Shown piece after piece: positions 29,019 through 38,982 of a stretch of 64,000 bases of DNA. The translations under genes and the position numbers were made by a program. The stretch is from an uncultured Ruminococcus sp. (lineage in GTDB: Bacteria; Bacillota; Clostridia; Oscillospirales; Acutalibacteraceae): positions 8,660 to 72,659 of the forward strand of contig CAJFNC010000009.1 in assembly GCA_904393835.1 (NCBI GenBank). The letters are read 5' to 3'. The notes under the pieces are model-generated. The model was not told where the DNA came from. It saw nothing but the letters and a program-made list of their open reading frames with translations, and did no database searches. The stretch's first letter is position 1. Every line of letters begins with the position of its first letter.

Positions 29019-30398
29019 ATGGACAAAAATCAAATCCCCTACAAAATCTATCTGGACGAAAACGAAATTCCGAAACAGTGGTACAATGTGCGCGCAGATA
29101 TGAAAAACAAGCCTGCTCCGCTTCTTAACCCTGCAACACTCAAACCAATGACGGCTGACGAGCTTTCCGTCGTATTTTGTAAAGAGCTTGTGGAACAGGA
29201 GCTTGACGACACCGACGCCTACATTGACATTCCTCAGGAAATTCAGGACTTTTACAAAATGTACCGCCCGTCGCCGCTTATAAGAGCATATTTTCTTGAA
29301 AAGGAGCTTGATACTCCCGCTAAAATCTACTATAAATTTGAGGGAAACAACACCAGCGGCAGCCACAAATTAAACAGCGCGATTGCTCAGGCTTATTATG
29401 CAAAAAAGCAGGGACTCAAAGGCGTTACTACAGAAACAGGCGCAGGTCAGTGGGGTACAGCGCTTTCAATGGCTTGCGCTTTCTTTGGCCTTGACTGCCA
29501 TGTATATATGGTTAAGGTTTCGTATGAGCAAAAACCGTTCAGACGCGAGGTTATGAGAACCTATGGTGCGAGCGTTACACCTTCTCCGTCAACTACAACA
29601 TCTGTCGGCAGAAAAATTCTTGAAAAGCACCCCGGCACAACGGGAAGCCTCGGATGCGCAATTTCCGAAGCTGTTGAGGCAGCTACAACTAACGAGGGCT
29701 ACCGTTATGTCCTTGGCAGTGTACTCAATCAGGTACTGCTGCACCAATCAATTATAGGTCTTGAAGCTAAGACGGCTTTGGATAAATACGGCGTTAAACC
29801 AGATATTATCATCGGCTGCGCAGGCGGCGGCTCAAACCTCGGAGGTCTTATTTCTCCTTTTATGGGAGAAAAATTAAGGGGCGAGGCTGATTACCGCTTT
29901 ATTGCCGTAGAACCAGCGTCTTGCCCGAGCTTTACAAGAGGAAAATTCGCCTATGACTTCTGTGACACAGGTATGGTTTGTCCGCTTTCAAAGATGTACA
30001 CCCTCGGCAGTGGATTTATTCCCTCTGCCAACCACGCAGGCGGCTTGAGATACCACGGAATGAGCTCAACTCTTTCACAGCTCTATCACGACGGTCTTAT
30101 GGAAGCTGTTGCTGTTGAGCAGACTTCTGTATTTGCCGCTGCGGAACAGTTTGCAAAGGTCGAGGGTATCCTCCCCGCTCCCGAAAGCAGTCATGCTATC
30201 AGGGTCGCTATTGACGAAGCCCTCAAGTGCAAGGAAACAGGTGAGGAAAAAACAATCCTCTTCGGTCTTACAGGTACAGGCTATTTTGACATGGTCGCTT
30301 ATCAAAAGTTTAACGACGGCGAAATGAGCGACTATATTCCGAGCGACGAGGAATTGCAAAAAAGCTTTGACGAGCTGCCAAAGGTTGAAATCGACTGA
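29019..30398 (+). CDS. TrpB2 (TrpB-like PLP enzyme, tryptophan synthase beta type 2)
   Basis: YKFEGNNTSGSHKLN (PLP Lys), TETGAGQWG, GGLRYHGM, PAPESSHA; 459 aa, typical of TrpB2. Confidence 0.92.
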   Translation: MDKNQIPYKIYLDENEIPKQWYNVRADMKNKPAPLLNPATLKPMTADELSVVFCKELVEQELDDTDAYIDIPQEIQDFYKMYRPSPLIRAYFLEKELDTPAKIYYKFEGNNTSGSHKLNSAIAQAYYAKKQGLKGVTTETGAGQWGTALSMACAFFGLDCHVYMVKVSYEQKPFRREVMRTYGASVTPSPSTTTSVGRKILEKHPGTTGSLGCAISEAVEAATTNEGYRYVLGSVLNQVLLHQSIIGLEAKTALDKYGVKPDIIIGCAGGGSNLGGLISPFMGEKLRGEADYRFIAVEPASCPSFTRGKFAYDFCDTGMVCPLSKMYTLGSGFIPSANHAGGLRYHGMSSTLSQLYHDGLMEAVAVEQTSVFAAAEQFAKVEGILPAPESSHAIRVAIDEALKCKETGEEKTILFGLTGTGYFDMVAYQKFNDGEMSDYIPSDEELQKSFDELPKVEID

Positions 30399-30435
30399 TT
30401 ATACTGATTATTTATATTAATACTATTTATATGTA

Positions 30436-30527
30436 AAAAGCCGGCGGATAATCCCGTCGGCTTTTAAACTATATACACTTATTACAAAATAAATGTAAAA
30501 AATCCCGTACACACAGCACGGGATTTT
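30436..30527. terminator. Two back-to-back terminators between convergent trpB2 and acpP
   Basis: AAAAGCCGGCGG...CCGTCGGCTTTT (30436-30465) and AAAATCCCGT...ACGGGATTTT (30499-30527). Confidence 0.75.
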
Positions 30528-30564
30528 AAACAACCGAATGAGTCGGTATCAGATTCATAATCAA

Positions 30565-30792
30565 TTAAGAGTTAGCCTCAATGTAAGAAACAAGAGCGCC
30601 GACAGTCTTGATGTTTTCAACTTCCTCGTCGGGAATTTCTACACCAAATTCGTCCTCAATTGACATAACCAAGTCAACAACGTCGAGTGAATCTGCGCCG
30701 AGGTCTTCCTGTAAATCAGTATCGGCTGTGATTGTATCTTCTTCAACGTCGAACTGCTCAGAAAGAATAGATTTTACTTTTTCCATTACCAT
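30565..30792 (-). CDS. acpP: Acyl carrier protein
   Basis: DLGADSLDVVDLVMSIEDEFG (phosphopantetheine Ser); GGAGG RBS. Confidence 0.95.
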   Translation of the reverse strand: MVMEKVKSILSEQFDVEEDTITADTDLQEDLGADSLDVVDLVMSIEDEFGVEIPDEEVENIKTVGALVSYIEANS

Positions 30793-31030
30793 AGTAATTC
30801 CTCCCATGAAAAATTTACGTGCCTTTATAAGTAAATATAGACAAAAGCACATATTTTATGCTACAATGGTGTGAAAGCAAACTCGTTTGCCTTACTCAAT
30901 AATATTATTGATATTTTAACGTTTTGTCAATATATATTTTAAAATTTTTAAAATAATTCTCAAATTTGCATAATAATAATTGTTTTAATTTATATTTGCA
31001 TAGCAAAAACACAGATATGGAGTGATATAA

Positions 31031-31873
31031 ATGAGTAAAAAAAAGTATGCGGTAATCGGACACCCAATCGGTCACACAATGTCCCCTTTTATTCACAAAA
31101 GACTTTTTGACCTTCAGGGTATCGACGCAGAATACACAAAGCTTGACATTCCGTTTGAAAACTTTGCCGAGGAATATAAAAACACTCTCTCAAAGCTCGA
31201 CGGCTATAACATTACTATTCCTCACAAGCGTACCATTATCCCCTATATTGACGAAATCGACGAAAAAGCCAAAATGTACGGCAGCGTAAACACTGTTGAC
31301 AACAAAAACGGAATCGCCAAGGGCTACACCACTGATCCGGACGGCTTTTTAAAGGCTCTGTCGGCTGCGGGAATTGTAATCGGCGGCAGAGTTGTTGTGC
31401 TCGGCTGCGGCGGTGTTGCAAGAACTGTCGCTTACGAAATTGTTCTTAAAAACGTGCCTGTACTTTTCGGCGTGCGCAAAGAGGACGTTCAAATAGCAAA
31501 CGATTTGTGTGCCGAAATCAAAAATACGGTTAAAAACGCTCAGGTACGCGTTTGCCTGATAGATGAAGTATGCGGTGATATTGATTTGCTAATTAACGCC
31601 ACACCCCTTGGAATGTTCCCCAAAGTTGACGCTCAGCCCGTTAAAGATGATGTTATCGCGAAATGCGCAAATGTTTTTGACCTTGTATATAATCCGCTTG
31701 AAACGATGCTCGTTCAAAAAGCCAAAGCAAACGGCGCAAAAGCAAGCGGCGGTATGTCAATGCTGGTATGGCAGGCGGTTGTTGCTCACGAAAAATGGGA
31801 TAACTCTGTTTATGATGTAAAGGATATTGAGCAGCTCTGCATTGACGCTTCAAACGAGCTTGCTGCAAAATAA
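31031..31873 (+). CDS. aroE: Shikimate dehydrogenase
   Basis: GHPIGHTMSP, NITIPHK, GSVNT, NATPLGM, GGMSMLVWQA. Confidence 0.95.
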   Translation: MSKKKYAVIGHPIGHTMSPFIHKRLFDLQGIDAEYTKLDIPFENFAEEYKNTLSKLDGYNITIPHKRTIIPYIDEIDEKAKMYGSVNTVDNKNGIAKGYTTDPDGFLKALSAAGIVIGGRVVVLGCGGVARTVAYEIVLKNVPVLFGVRKEDVQIANDLCAEIKNTVKNAQVRVCLIDEVCGDIDLLINATPLGMFPKVDAQPVKDDVIAKCANVFDLVYNPLETMLVQKAKANGAKASGGMSMLVWQAVVAHEKWDNSVYDVKDIEQLCIDASNELAAK

Positions 31874-31884
31874 CGGTGATATAG

Positions 31885-32397
31885 ATGAATAATATTGTAC
31901 TTTGCGGCTTTATGGGCTGCGGAAAATCTACTATCGGGAAAAACATTGCAAAAAAGACGGGCAGGCGGTTTCTTGATATGGATACATACATTGAAAAAAA
32001 ATCAGGTATGACGGTATCGGAAATTTTTGAAAAATACGGTGAAAACGAATTTAGGGATATGGAGCACGAGGCTTGCAAGGAACTTGCGGAAAAAAGCAAC
32101 CTCATCATTGCCTCCGGCGGCGGTGCGTTTACGTTTGAAAGAAATGTACGCGTGTTCAAGGGCAAGGACAAAATTGTCTTGCTTGATGTTCCGCTCAACA
32201 TTATAAAATACAGACTGCGTAATGACAAAACCCGTCCCCTGCTTCAAAAGCCTGACAGGGACAAGGTTATGAAAGAGCTGTACGAAAAAAGACTACCGAT
32301 TTATAAAAAGGCGGCTGACATCACTGTTTCCGGAAAAAGTTCGCCCATGAAAACGGCTTTGGCAGTAATTGCCGCTGTTGAAAAAGAAAATTCTTAA
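31885..32397 (+). CDS. aroK: Shikimate kinase
   Basis: GFMGCGKST, FRDME, GGG, RPLL. Confidence 0.95.
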   Translation: MNNIVLCGFMGCGKSTIGKNIAKKTGRRFLDMDTYIEKKSGMTVSEIFEKYGENEFRDMEHEACKELAEKSNLIIASGGGAFTFERNVRVFKGKDKIVLLDVPLNIIKYRLRNDKTRPLLQKPDRDKVMKELYEKRLPIYKKAADITVSGKSSPMKTALAVIAAVEKENS

Positions 32398-32484
32398 ACC
32401 CTATTGATTATAGCGCTTTAAAGTGGTAAAATATATAGGCGTAATCGCATTTTCGGTATTCTCAATTTGAAAGGATAGGTATTT

Positions 32485-33501
32485 ATGATTATAGTTTTAA
32501 AACCTTCTACAACAAACGAGCAGTTGATGAATTTTACATCTATGCTCAAAGACAAATACAATGTAAAGGTTAATAAATGGGACGGCGTTCAGTCAACCGT
32601 TCTCGGTCTTATAGGCGACACAACAAGCATTGATATTGAATATATCGACGCTCAGGATATTGTTGAAAGCGTAAAGCGTGTTCAGGAACCGTACAAAAAG
32701 GCAAACAGAAAATTTCACCCTGACAACAGCGTTATTAAAATTACCGACACCGTATCTATCGGCGACGGTAGCCTTAATATTATGGCAGGTCCTTGCTCTG
32801 TTGAAAGCGAAGAACAGATTGTCGCTGTTGCAAAAGCGGTTAAAAAGTCCGGCGCTACAATCTTAAGAGGCGGCGCTTTTAAACCCAGAACCTCTCCTTA
32901 CGCTTTCCAAGGTTTGAAAGCGGAAGGTCTTGAACTTTTAAAAATCGCACGTCAGGAAACCGGACTTCCCATTGTAACCGAAATTATGAGCGCATCTCAC
33001 ATTGAATTGTTTGAGGACGTTGATATCATTCAGGTTGGCGCAAGAAATATGCAGAATTTTGAGCTTTTAAAAGAGCTGGGTAAAACTAACAAGCCGATTT
33101 TGCTTAAAAGAGGTCTTTGCGCAACAATTGAAGAGTGGCTTATGAGCGCCGAATACATTATGGCGGGCGGCAACGACAATGTTATTCTCTGCGAAAGAGG
33201 TATCAGAACCTACGAAAACTTTACTCGAAACACGCTGGATATTGCCGCTGTTCCGATTGTTAAACGTTTGTCGCATCTTCCCATTGTAGTTGATCCGAGC
33301 CACGCGTCTGGTAAATCATGGCTTGTTGAGCCGCTTGCGATGTCAGCTGTTGCCTGCGGTGCAGACGGTCTTATAATTGAAGTTCACAACGACCCTGCGC
33401 ACGCATTGAGCGACGGAGCTCAGTCGCTTACACCGGAACAGTTTGACGGTGTTTCCAAAAAAATCTTTGCACTTAAAAATGCAATGGATAACCAGGTATA
33501 A
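32485..33501 (+). CDS. aroF: DAHP synthase (type I-beta) with N-terminal regulatory domain
   Basis: AGPCSVES, RGGAFKPRTSPY, QVGARNMQNF, VDPSHA. Confidence 0.95.
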   Translation: MIIVLKPSTTNEQLMNFTSMLKDKYNVKVNKWDGVQSTVLGLIGDTTSIDIEYIDAQDIVESVKRVQEPYKKANRKFHPDNSVIKITDTVSIGDGSLNIMAGPCSVESEEQIVAVAKAVKKSGATILRGGAFKPRTSPYAFQGLKAEGLELLKIARQETGLPIVTEIMSASHIELFEDVDIIQVGARNMQNFELLKELGKTNKPILLKRGLCATIEEWLMSAEYIMAGGNDNVILCERGIRTYENFTRNTLDIAAVPIVKRLSHLPIVVDPSHASGKSWLVEPLAMSAVACGADGLIIEVHNDPAHALSDGAQSLTPEQFDGVSKKIFALKNAMDNQV

Positions 33502-33515
33502 CGGAGGCGTTAACA

Positions 33516-34346
33516 ATGAATATTGCCGTTGTCGGCTTGGGAATTATCGGCGGCAGTTTTTGCAAGGCATTTAAAAAATATACAAACCACCACATTATCG
33601 GTATGAACAGAACCCTGTCAACGGCTCAAAAAGCTCTTGACACGGGCGCAATCGACGAAATCGGCGCCCCCGAAACGCTTGGCAAAGCGGATTTGATTAT
33701 TTTGACAATGTATCCGCAGGCTGACGTTGAATTTATTGAAAAAAACGGCAATTATATTAAAAAGGGCGCTCTTGTTACCGATGCGTCGGGAATAAAAAAG
33801 GCGATTTGCCCCCAGCTTAAAGAGCTTGCCGAAAAATACGGCTTTGTCTTTGCAGGCAGTCATCCCATGGCAGGTAAGGAGAAAAACGGGTTTGACGTAT
33901 CGGATGCAGATTTGTACAAAAATGCAAGCTACATTATTACTCCCTGCGGCGCTGATCAGAAATATATTGATATTCTCAGCGAGCTTGCAAAGTCAATCGG
34001 ATTTACCACAATCAAAATCACTACACCCGAGGAACACGACAGGATGATTGCGTTTACCTCTCAACTTCCTCATGTACTTGCCTGCTCATATGTTATGAGT
34101 CCGTGCTGCCCCAATCACAAGGGCTTTTCGGCGGGCAGTTACCGTGACGTTTCCAGAGTTGCCAACATAAATTCAAAGCTCTGGAGCGAACTGTTTTTGG
34201 AAAACAAAGAACCTCTTACAAAAGAGCTTGATATTCTGATTGGCAACATAACTCGCATTAAGGACGCAATTAAAAATGAGGACAAAGAAACCCTTACCGA
34301 CCTGCTGGAACAAGGTCATCAGATAAAAAAGGCATTGGGTGAATAG
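33516..34346 (+). CDS. tyrA: Prephenate dehydrogenase
   Basis: VGLGIIGGS, HPMAGKE, HDRMIAFTSQLPH. Confidence 0.93.
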   Translation: MNIAVVGLGIIGGSFCKAFKKYTNHHIIGMNRTLSTAQKALDTGAIDEIGAPETLGKADLIILTMYPQADVEFIEKNGNYIKKGALVTDASGIKKAICPQLKELAEKYGFVFAGSHPMAGKEKNGFDVSDADLYKNASYIITPCGADQKYIDILSELAKSIGFTTIKITTPEEHDRMIAFTSQLPHVLACSYVMSPCCPNHKGFSAGSYRDVSRVANINSKLWSELFLENKEPLTKELDILIGNITRIKDAIKNEDKETLTDLLEQGHQIKKALGE

Positions 34347-34362
34347 GAAAGGAGCGGTCAAT

Positions 34363-35418
34363 TTGAGAACGATACACGTAAACACAGGCAGACCGTATGA
34401 TATTTTTATTGAAAGAGGAATTATCGACAACTGCGGCGAATATGTAAAAAAACTTTCACAGGCACAAAAGGTTACTGTTATCACCGACACCAACGTTGCT
34501 CCTCACTACAAATGGAGAGTTTTTAACTCGCTTGAAAGCGCAGGTTTTCAGGTGACTTCACACATCTTCAACGCAGGAGAAGAATCAAAAACTCTTGATA
34601 CAATAGCAGAAATGTACAACACCCTTGCAAAATTCAAAATGTCGCGCAAGGACGTTATTGTTGCACTGGGAGGCGGCGTGGCAGGCGATATGGCGGGGTT
34701 TGCCGCCGCTACTTATCTGAGAGGAATTGATTTTATCCAGATTCCAACTTCTCTGCTTGCTCAGGTGGACTCCTCAGTCGGCGGTAAAACAGGCGTTGAC
34801 CTGTCTTTCGGCAAAAACCTTGTCGGAGCATTCCACCAACCGATCGCCGTTTTAATTGACCCCGATACACTCAACACTCTTCCCGACTACTATTTAAGCG
34901 ACGGTATGGCTGAGGTTATAAAATACGGCTGTATCAAGGATAAAGATTTGTTTGAAAATCTTGAAACTCAAAGCGCTTACGATCATATTGAAGATATAAT
35001 TGAAAGATGTGTTTCAATCAAGCGTGACGTTGTAAGCCGTGACGAAAAGGAAAAGGGCGAACGTATGCTTTTAAACTTCGGTCACACCCTCGGTCACGCA
35101 ATTGAAAAAATTTACAACTATACGGGAATTTCTCACGGCAGAGCCGTTGCAATCGGTATGGTGCTGATTACAATGGCAAGCGAAAAAGCCGGAATTACCG
35201 AATCGGGTACTGCCGAAAAAATTGAAAATTTGTGTCAAAAATATGATTTGCCGTCTCGCACCGATAAAGAGATAACATTTGCCGAAATGGCACAAGCCGC
35301 AGCAGGCGACAAAAAGACGGCGGGCAATGAAATTAACCTCGTTTTGCTCAAGAAAATCGGCGAAAGCTACACGCAAAAGAAAAAGCTTGACGAGCTTGAA
35401 GACTTTATCAAAGATTAA
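34363..35418 (+). CDS. aroB: 3-dehydroquinate synthase
   Basis: GGGVAGDMAGF, PTSLLAQVDSSVGGKT, LNFGHTLGHA; TTG start after AGGAG. Confidence 0.96.
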   Translation: MRTIHVNTGRPYDIFIERGIIDNCGEYVKKLSQAQKVTVITDTNVAPHYKWRVFNSLESAGFQVTSHIFNAGEESKTLDTIAEMYNTLAKFKMSRKDVIVALGGGVAGDMAGFAAATYLRGIDFIQIPTSLLAQVDSSVGGKTGVDLSFGKNLVGAFHQPIAVLIDPDTLNTLPDYYLSDGMAEVIKYGCIKDKDLFENLETQSAYDHIEDIIERCVSIKRDVVSRDEKEKGERMLLNFGHTLGHAIEKIYNYTGISHGRAVAIGMVLITMASEKAGITESGTAEKIENLCQKYDLPSRTDKEITFAEMAQAAAGDKKTAGNEINLVLLKKIGESYTQKKKLDELEDFIKD

Positions 35419-35427
35419 GGTGATACA

Positions 35428-36699
35428 ATGCAGAATGTAGTATATAAGCCGTTTATACCAAACGGTGAGGTAAATATTCCGCCGTCAAAAAGCGACGTTC
35501 ACAGGGCTGTTATATGTGCCGCACTCGCAAAGGGAGTCAGCCGTATTTCCCCTGTTGCTTTATCAAACGACATAAAGGCGACTATCGGCTGTATAAAATC
35601 ACTCGGCGCGTCTGCTGCAATTGAAAACAACGTTTTAACGGTTGACGGCACTAAAATGTTTGACTGCAAAAAAACAACGCTTGACTGCGGTGAAAGCGGC
35701 AGCACGCTCAGATTTTTTATTCCTGTGGCGGCTGTCGGCGGAGTAAACGCAAAATTTGTCGGACACGGACTTTTGCCGCAGCGACCCATTGGAATTTTTA
35801 CCGACGCATTGCCTAAAAAAGGCGTTTCCTGCAAAACAGAGGGTGGTTTGCCGCTTGAAATAAACGGTAGGCTGAAAAGCGGAACATACAAAATTCCGGG
35901 AAATGTAAGCTCCCAGTTTATAACGGGGCTTTTATTTGCGCTGCCGTTGCTTGAGGGCAACAGCGACATTGTGCTCACCTCCCCCATTGAAAGCGTCGGT
36001 TATATAAATATGACAATTGCAACCATGGCAAAATTCGGCGTCACGGTTGAAACCACCGACTACGGCTGGCACATAGACGGAGGTCAGAGTTACAAGCCTG
36101 CCGACTACACCACAGACGGCGACTGGTCACAGGCGGCTTTCTTTATGGCGGCGGGCGCAATAGGCGGAAAAGCTACGGTCAACGGTGTTTTTCCCGATTC
36201 AATTCAGGGTGATAAAACGGTTGCCGAAATTATTAAAAATTTCGGTGCCAAGGTAACGCAGATTGAAAACAGCATTACCGTAGAAAAAGCGCCGCTGAAA
36301 GCAATCACTATTGACGCTTCGCAAATTCCCGATTTGGTACCCGTGCTTGCGGTTTGCGCCTGCTTTGCCGAGGGTACTACACGCATAATTAACGCTGAAA
36401 GGCTAAGAATAAAGGAATGCGACCGTCTGAAAGCTACCGCAGAGCTACTCAACAACCTCGGCGGCAAGGTAAATGAGCTTCGGGACGGGCTTGAAATAGA
36501 AGGTATTGACTGTCTTAATGGCGGCAGGGTCAACGGATACAACGATCACAGAATCGTTATGTCCGCAGGTGTTTGCGCCGCCGGGCTTAAAGGGGAAATC
36601 GAATGTACTTACGCTATGAGCATAAACAAAAGCTACCCCGATTTTTATAAAGACTACAACAGCATAGGAGGAAACGCAAATGTCTTCGACGTACGGTGA
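35428..36699 (+). CDS. aroA: EPSP synthase
   Basis: PPSKS, CGESGSTLRF, SSQFITGLL, LRIKECDRL, DHRIVM. Confidence 0.96.
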   Translation: MQNVVYKPFIPNGEVNIPPSKSDVHRAVICAALAKGVSRISPVALSNDIKATIGCIKSLGASAAIENNVLTVDGTKMFDCKKTTLDCGESGSTLRFFIPVAAVGGVNAKFVGHGLLPQRPIGIFTDALPKKGVSCKTEGGLPLEINGRLKSGTYKIPGNVSSQFITGLLFALPLLEGNSDIVLTSPIESVGYINMTIATMAKFGVTVETTDYGWHIDGGQSYKPADYTTDGDWSQAAFFMAAGAIGGKATVNGVFPDSIQGDKTVAEIIKNFGAKVTQIENSITVEKAPLKAITIDASQIPDLVPVLAVCACFAEGTTRIINAERLRIKECDRLKATAELLNNLGGKVNELRDGLEIEGIDCLNGGRVNGYNDHRIVMSAGVCAAGLKGEIECTYAMSINKSYPDFYKDYNSIGGNANVFDVR

Positions 36700-37750
36700 T
36701 AAAATTAAAATTTCAGTTTTCGGTGAAAGCCACGGCAACGGCATAGGCGTTGTAATTGACGGACTTCCCGCGGGCGAAAAAATTGATATGGACAAGGTTC
36801 TTGTTCAAATGTCAAGACGTGCTCCCGGTAATGACAAGACGGCCACTCCCCGAAAGGAAAAAGACTTGCCGAAAATTTTATCCGGTATGCTCGGCGACAC
36901 GCTTACAGGCGCTCCTCTTTGCGCTGTTATTGAAAACACAAATACTCGGAGCGCGGATTATAACAACCTGCTTGCCGTACCTCGCCCGGGTCATTCCGAC
37001 TACACGGCTTTTGTAAAATACAAGGCATCAAACGACATCAGAGGCGGCGGGCATTTTTCCGGACGAATAACTGCTCCGATTGTTTTTGCAGGTGCAGTAA
37101 TCCGCCAATTGCTTGAGAAAAAAGGCATTAAAATTGCCGCTCACATAAGCAGTATCGGCGGCGTTGAAGATACGCCGTTTAATCCGCTGAAGCTTGATGA
37201 CGAACTTGATCAAAAGCTGAACAATGCTCGCTTTGCCGTTATTGACGACAGCGTTGAACAGAAAATGAGAGATGTTGTTGAGGATGCGAGAATGAACCTT
37301 GACAGCGTAGGCGGCACGATTGAATGTATTGTTGACGGCATTGACGCGGGATTTGGCGGCCCGATGTTTGACGGAGTAGAGGGTGTAATCGCAAAGGCCG
37401 TTTTCGGTGTTCCCGCCGTTAAGGGCATTGAGTTTGGCAAGGGCTTTGAACTTGCAAATATGAGAGGATCACAGTCAAACGACCCGTTCAGATACAAAGA
37501 CGGCAAAGTTGTTACCGAAACCAACAACTGCGGCGGTATTCTGGGCGGCATTACTAACGGAATGCCGATTTTGTTTAAGGCGGTTGTAAAACCCACTTCG
37601 TCAATCGCACAAAAACAAAAATCAGTTGATTTGCAGAAAAAAGAAAATACGGACCTCGAAGTTCACGGTCGGCACGATCCCTGCATTGTTCCCCGTGCGG
37701 TTCCCGTCATTGAGGCTGTTACAGCAATTGCAATTATCAACTTACTGTAA
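36680..37750 (+). CDS. aroC: Chorismate synthase
   Basis: FGESHG, RPGHSD, GGHFSGR, GRHDPC. Confidence 0.97.
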   Translation: MSSTYGDKIKISVFGESHGNGIGVVIDGLPAGEKIDMDKVLVQMSRRAPGNDKTATPRKEKDLPKILSGMLGDTLTGAPLCAVIENTNTRSADYNNLLAVPRPGHSDYTAFVKYKASNDIRGGGHFSGRITAPIVFAGAVIRQLLEKKGIKIAAHISSIGGVEDTPFNPLKLDDELDQKLNNARFAVIDDSVEQKMRDVVEDARMNLDSVGGTIECIVDGIDAGFGGPMFDGVEGVIAKAVFGVPAVKGIEFGKGFELANMRGSQSNDPFRYKDGKVVTETNNCGGILGGITNGMPILFKAVVKPTSSIAQKQKSVDLQKKENTDLEVHGRHDPCIVPRAVPVIEAVTAIAIINLL

Positions 37751-37762
37751 AGGAATGAGAAG

Positions 37763-38890
37763 ATGAAAGAATTGTCCGAAATCAGAGCGGAAATTGATAA
37801 AATAGACACTCAGCTTATCGAATTATTCAAGCAGCGCATGGACTGTGCAAAAGAAGTCGGCATATACAAAAAAGCAAACGGCACACCCGTTTTGAACCAG
37901 GAAAGGGAAAATGAAATTCTAGATTCTGTTGAAGAGAGAAGCGGCGAATACGGTGCATATGCAAGACTTTTATTTTCAAATATAATGGAGCTTTCACGTG
38001 CTTTGCAACATAATATTGTCGGTAGTGGTAAAAAGCTGCGCGGTGAAATTAAAAACGCCGAAACAAAGCCGCAAACCTCCGATATTACCGTTGCCTATCA
38101 GGGAATTAAGGGCGCAAACGGTCATGAAGCAGCGCTCAGACTGTTTCCCGACGGAAATATTAAAGGTTACAAAACCTTTGCCGATGTCTTTGAGGCAGTT
38201 GATTCAGGCGACGCGATCTACGGCGTGTTGCCGGTAGAAAACTCAACAGCAGGTTCTGTTTCCGCTGTTTATGATCTGATTTTAAAACACCGCTTTTACA
38301 TTGTCGGCGCTCTTGATTTGCCGATTGACTACTGTATGGGAGGTCTTAAGCAGTCGGAATTTGAGGACATTGAAATTGTCCGTTCACATCCGCAGGCAAT
38401 TTCACAGTGCTCAAACTACATCGCAAAGCATAATTTTGAGGCTGTACCCTGCGCAAATACTGCTGTTGCAGCCAAAGACATTGCCAAAGAAAAACGCCTT
38501 AACGTTGCCGCAATCTGCCCCTACAAGGCAGCTGAGGAATACGGCCTGAAAATTCTTGACAACCACTTGCAGGATGACAAAAATAACACCACAAGATTTA
38601 TTGTCATTTCCAAGAAGCTCTACATACCCGAAAATGCAAACAAAATCAGCCTTTGCTTTTCGCTTCCCCATGTCACCGGGTCTCTTTACGGCTTACTTTG
38701 CCGATTTAATTCACTCGGATTAAACCTCACAAAAATTGAATCGCGTCCTATTAAGGGCAAGGATTTTGAATATCTGTTCTACCTTGACTTTGCAGGCAAC
38801 GTACATATTCAAGAGGTTACCGAACTTATAAGCCAGCTTAGTGAGGAATTGCCCGAATTCAGTTTTTTGGGAAACTACTGCGAGCTTTAA
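37763..38890 (+). CDS. pheA: Chorismate mutase-prephenate dehydratase (with ACT domain)
   Basis: N-terminal CM domain (IRAEIDKID), PVENSTAG, NTTRF, LTKIESRP. Confidence 0.95.
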   Translation: MKELSEIRAEIDKIDTQLIELFKQRMDCAKEVGIYKKANGTPVLNQERENEILDSVEERSGEYGAYARLLFSNIMELSRALQHNIVGSGKKLRGEIKNAETKPQTSDITVAYQGIKGANGHEAALRLFPDGNIKGYKTFADVFEAVDSGDAIYGVLPVENSTAGSVSAVYDLILKHRFYIVGALDLPIDYCMGGLKQSEFEDIEIVRSHPQAISQCSNYIAKHNFEAVPCANTAVAAKDIAKEKRLNVAAICPYKAAEEYGLKILDNHLQDDKNNTTRFIVISKKLYIPENANKISLCFSLPHVTGSLYGLLCRFNSLGLNLTKIESRPIKGKDFEYLFYLDFAGNVHIQEVTELISQLSEELPEFSFLGNYCEL

Positions 38891-38909
38891 TTTACAAATA
38901 AAAACAATT

Positions 38910-38971
38910 ACGGCAGAGTTTATCTGCCGTTTTTTTGCGTAAAAAGCGGTCTGAATTAACAGACCGCTTTT
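38910..38971. terminator. Tandem terminators between convergent pheA and the EF-G paralog
   Basis: ACGGCAGA-TCTGCCGT plus T tract; AAAAGCGGTCTG-CAGACCGCTTTT. Confidence 0.8.
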
Positions 38972-38982
38972 AGTAATTTTAA

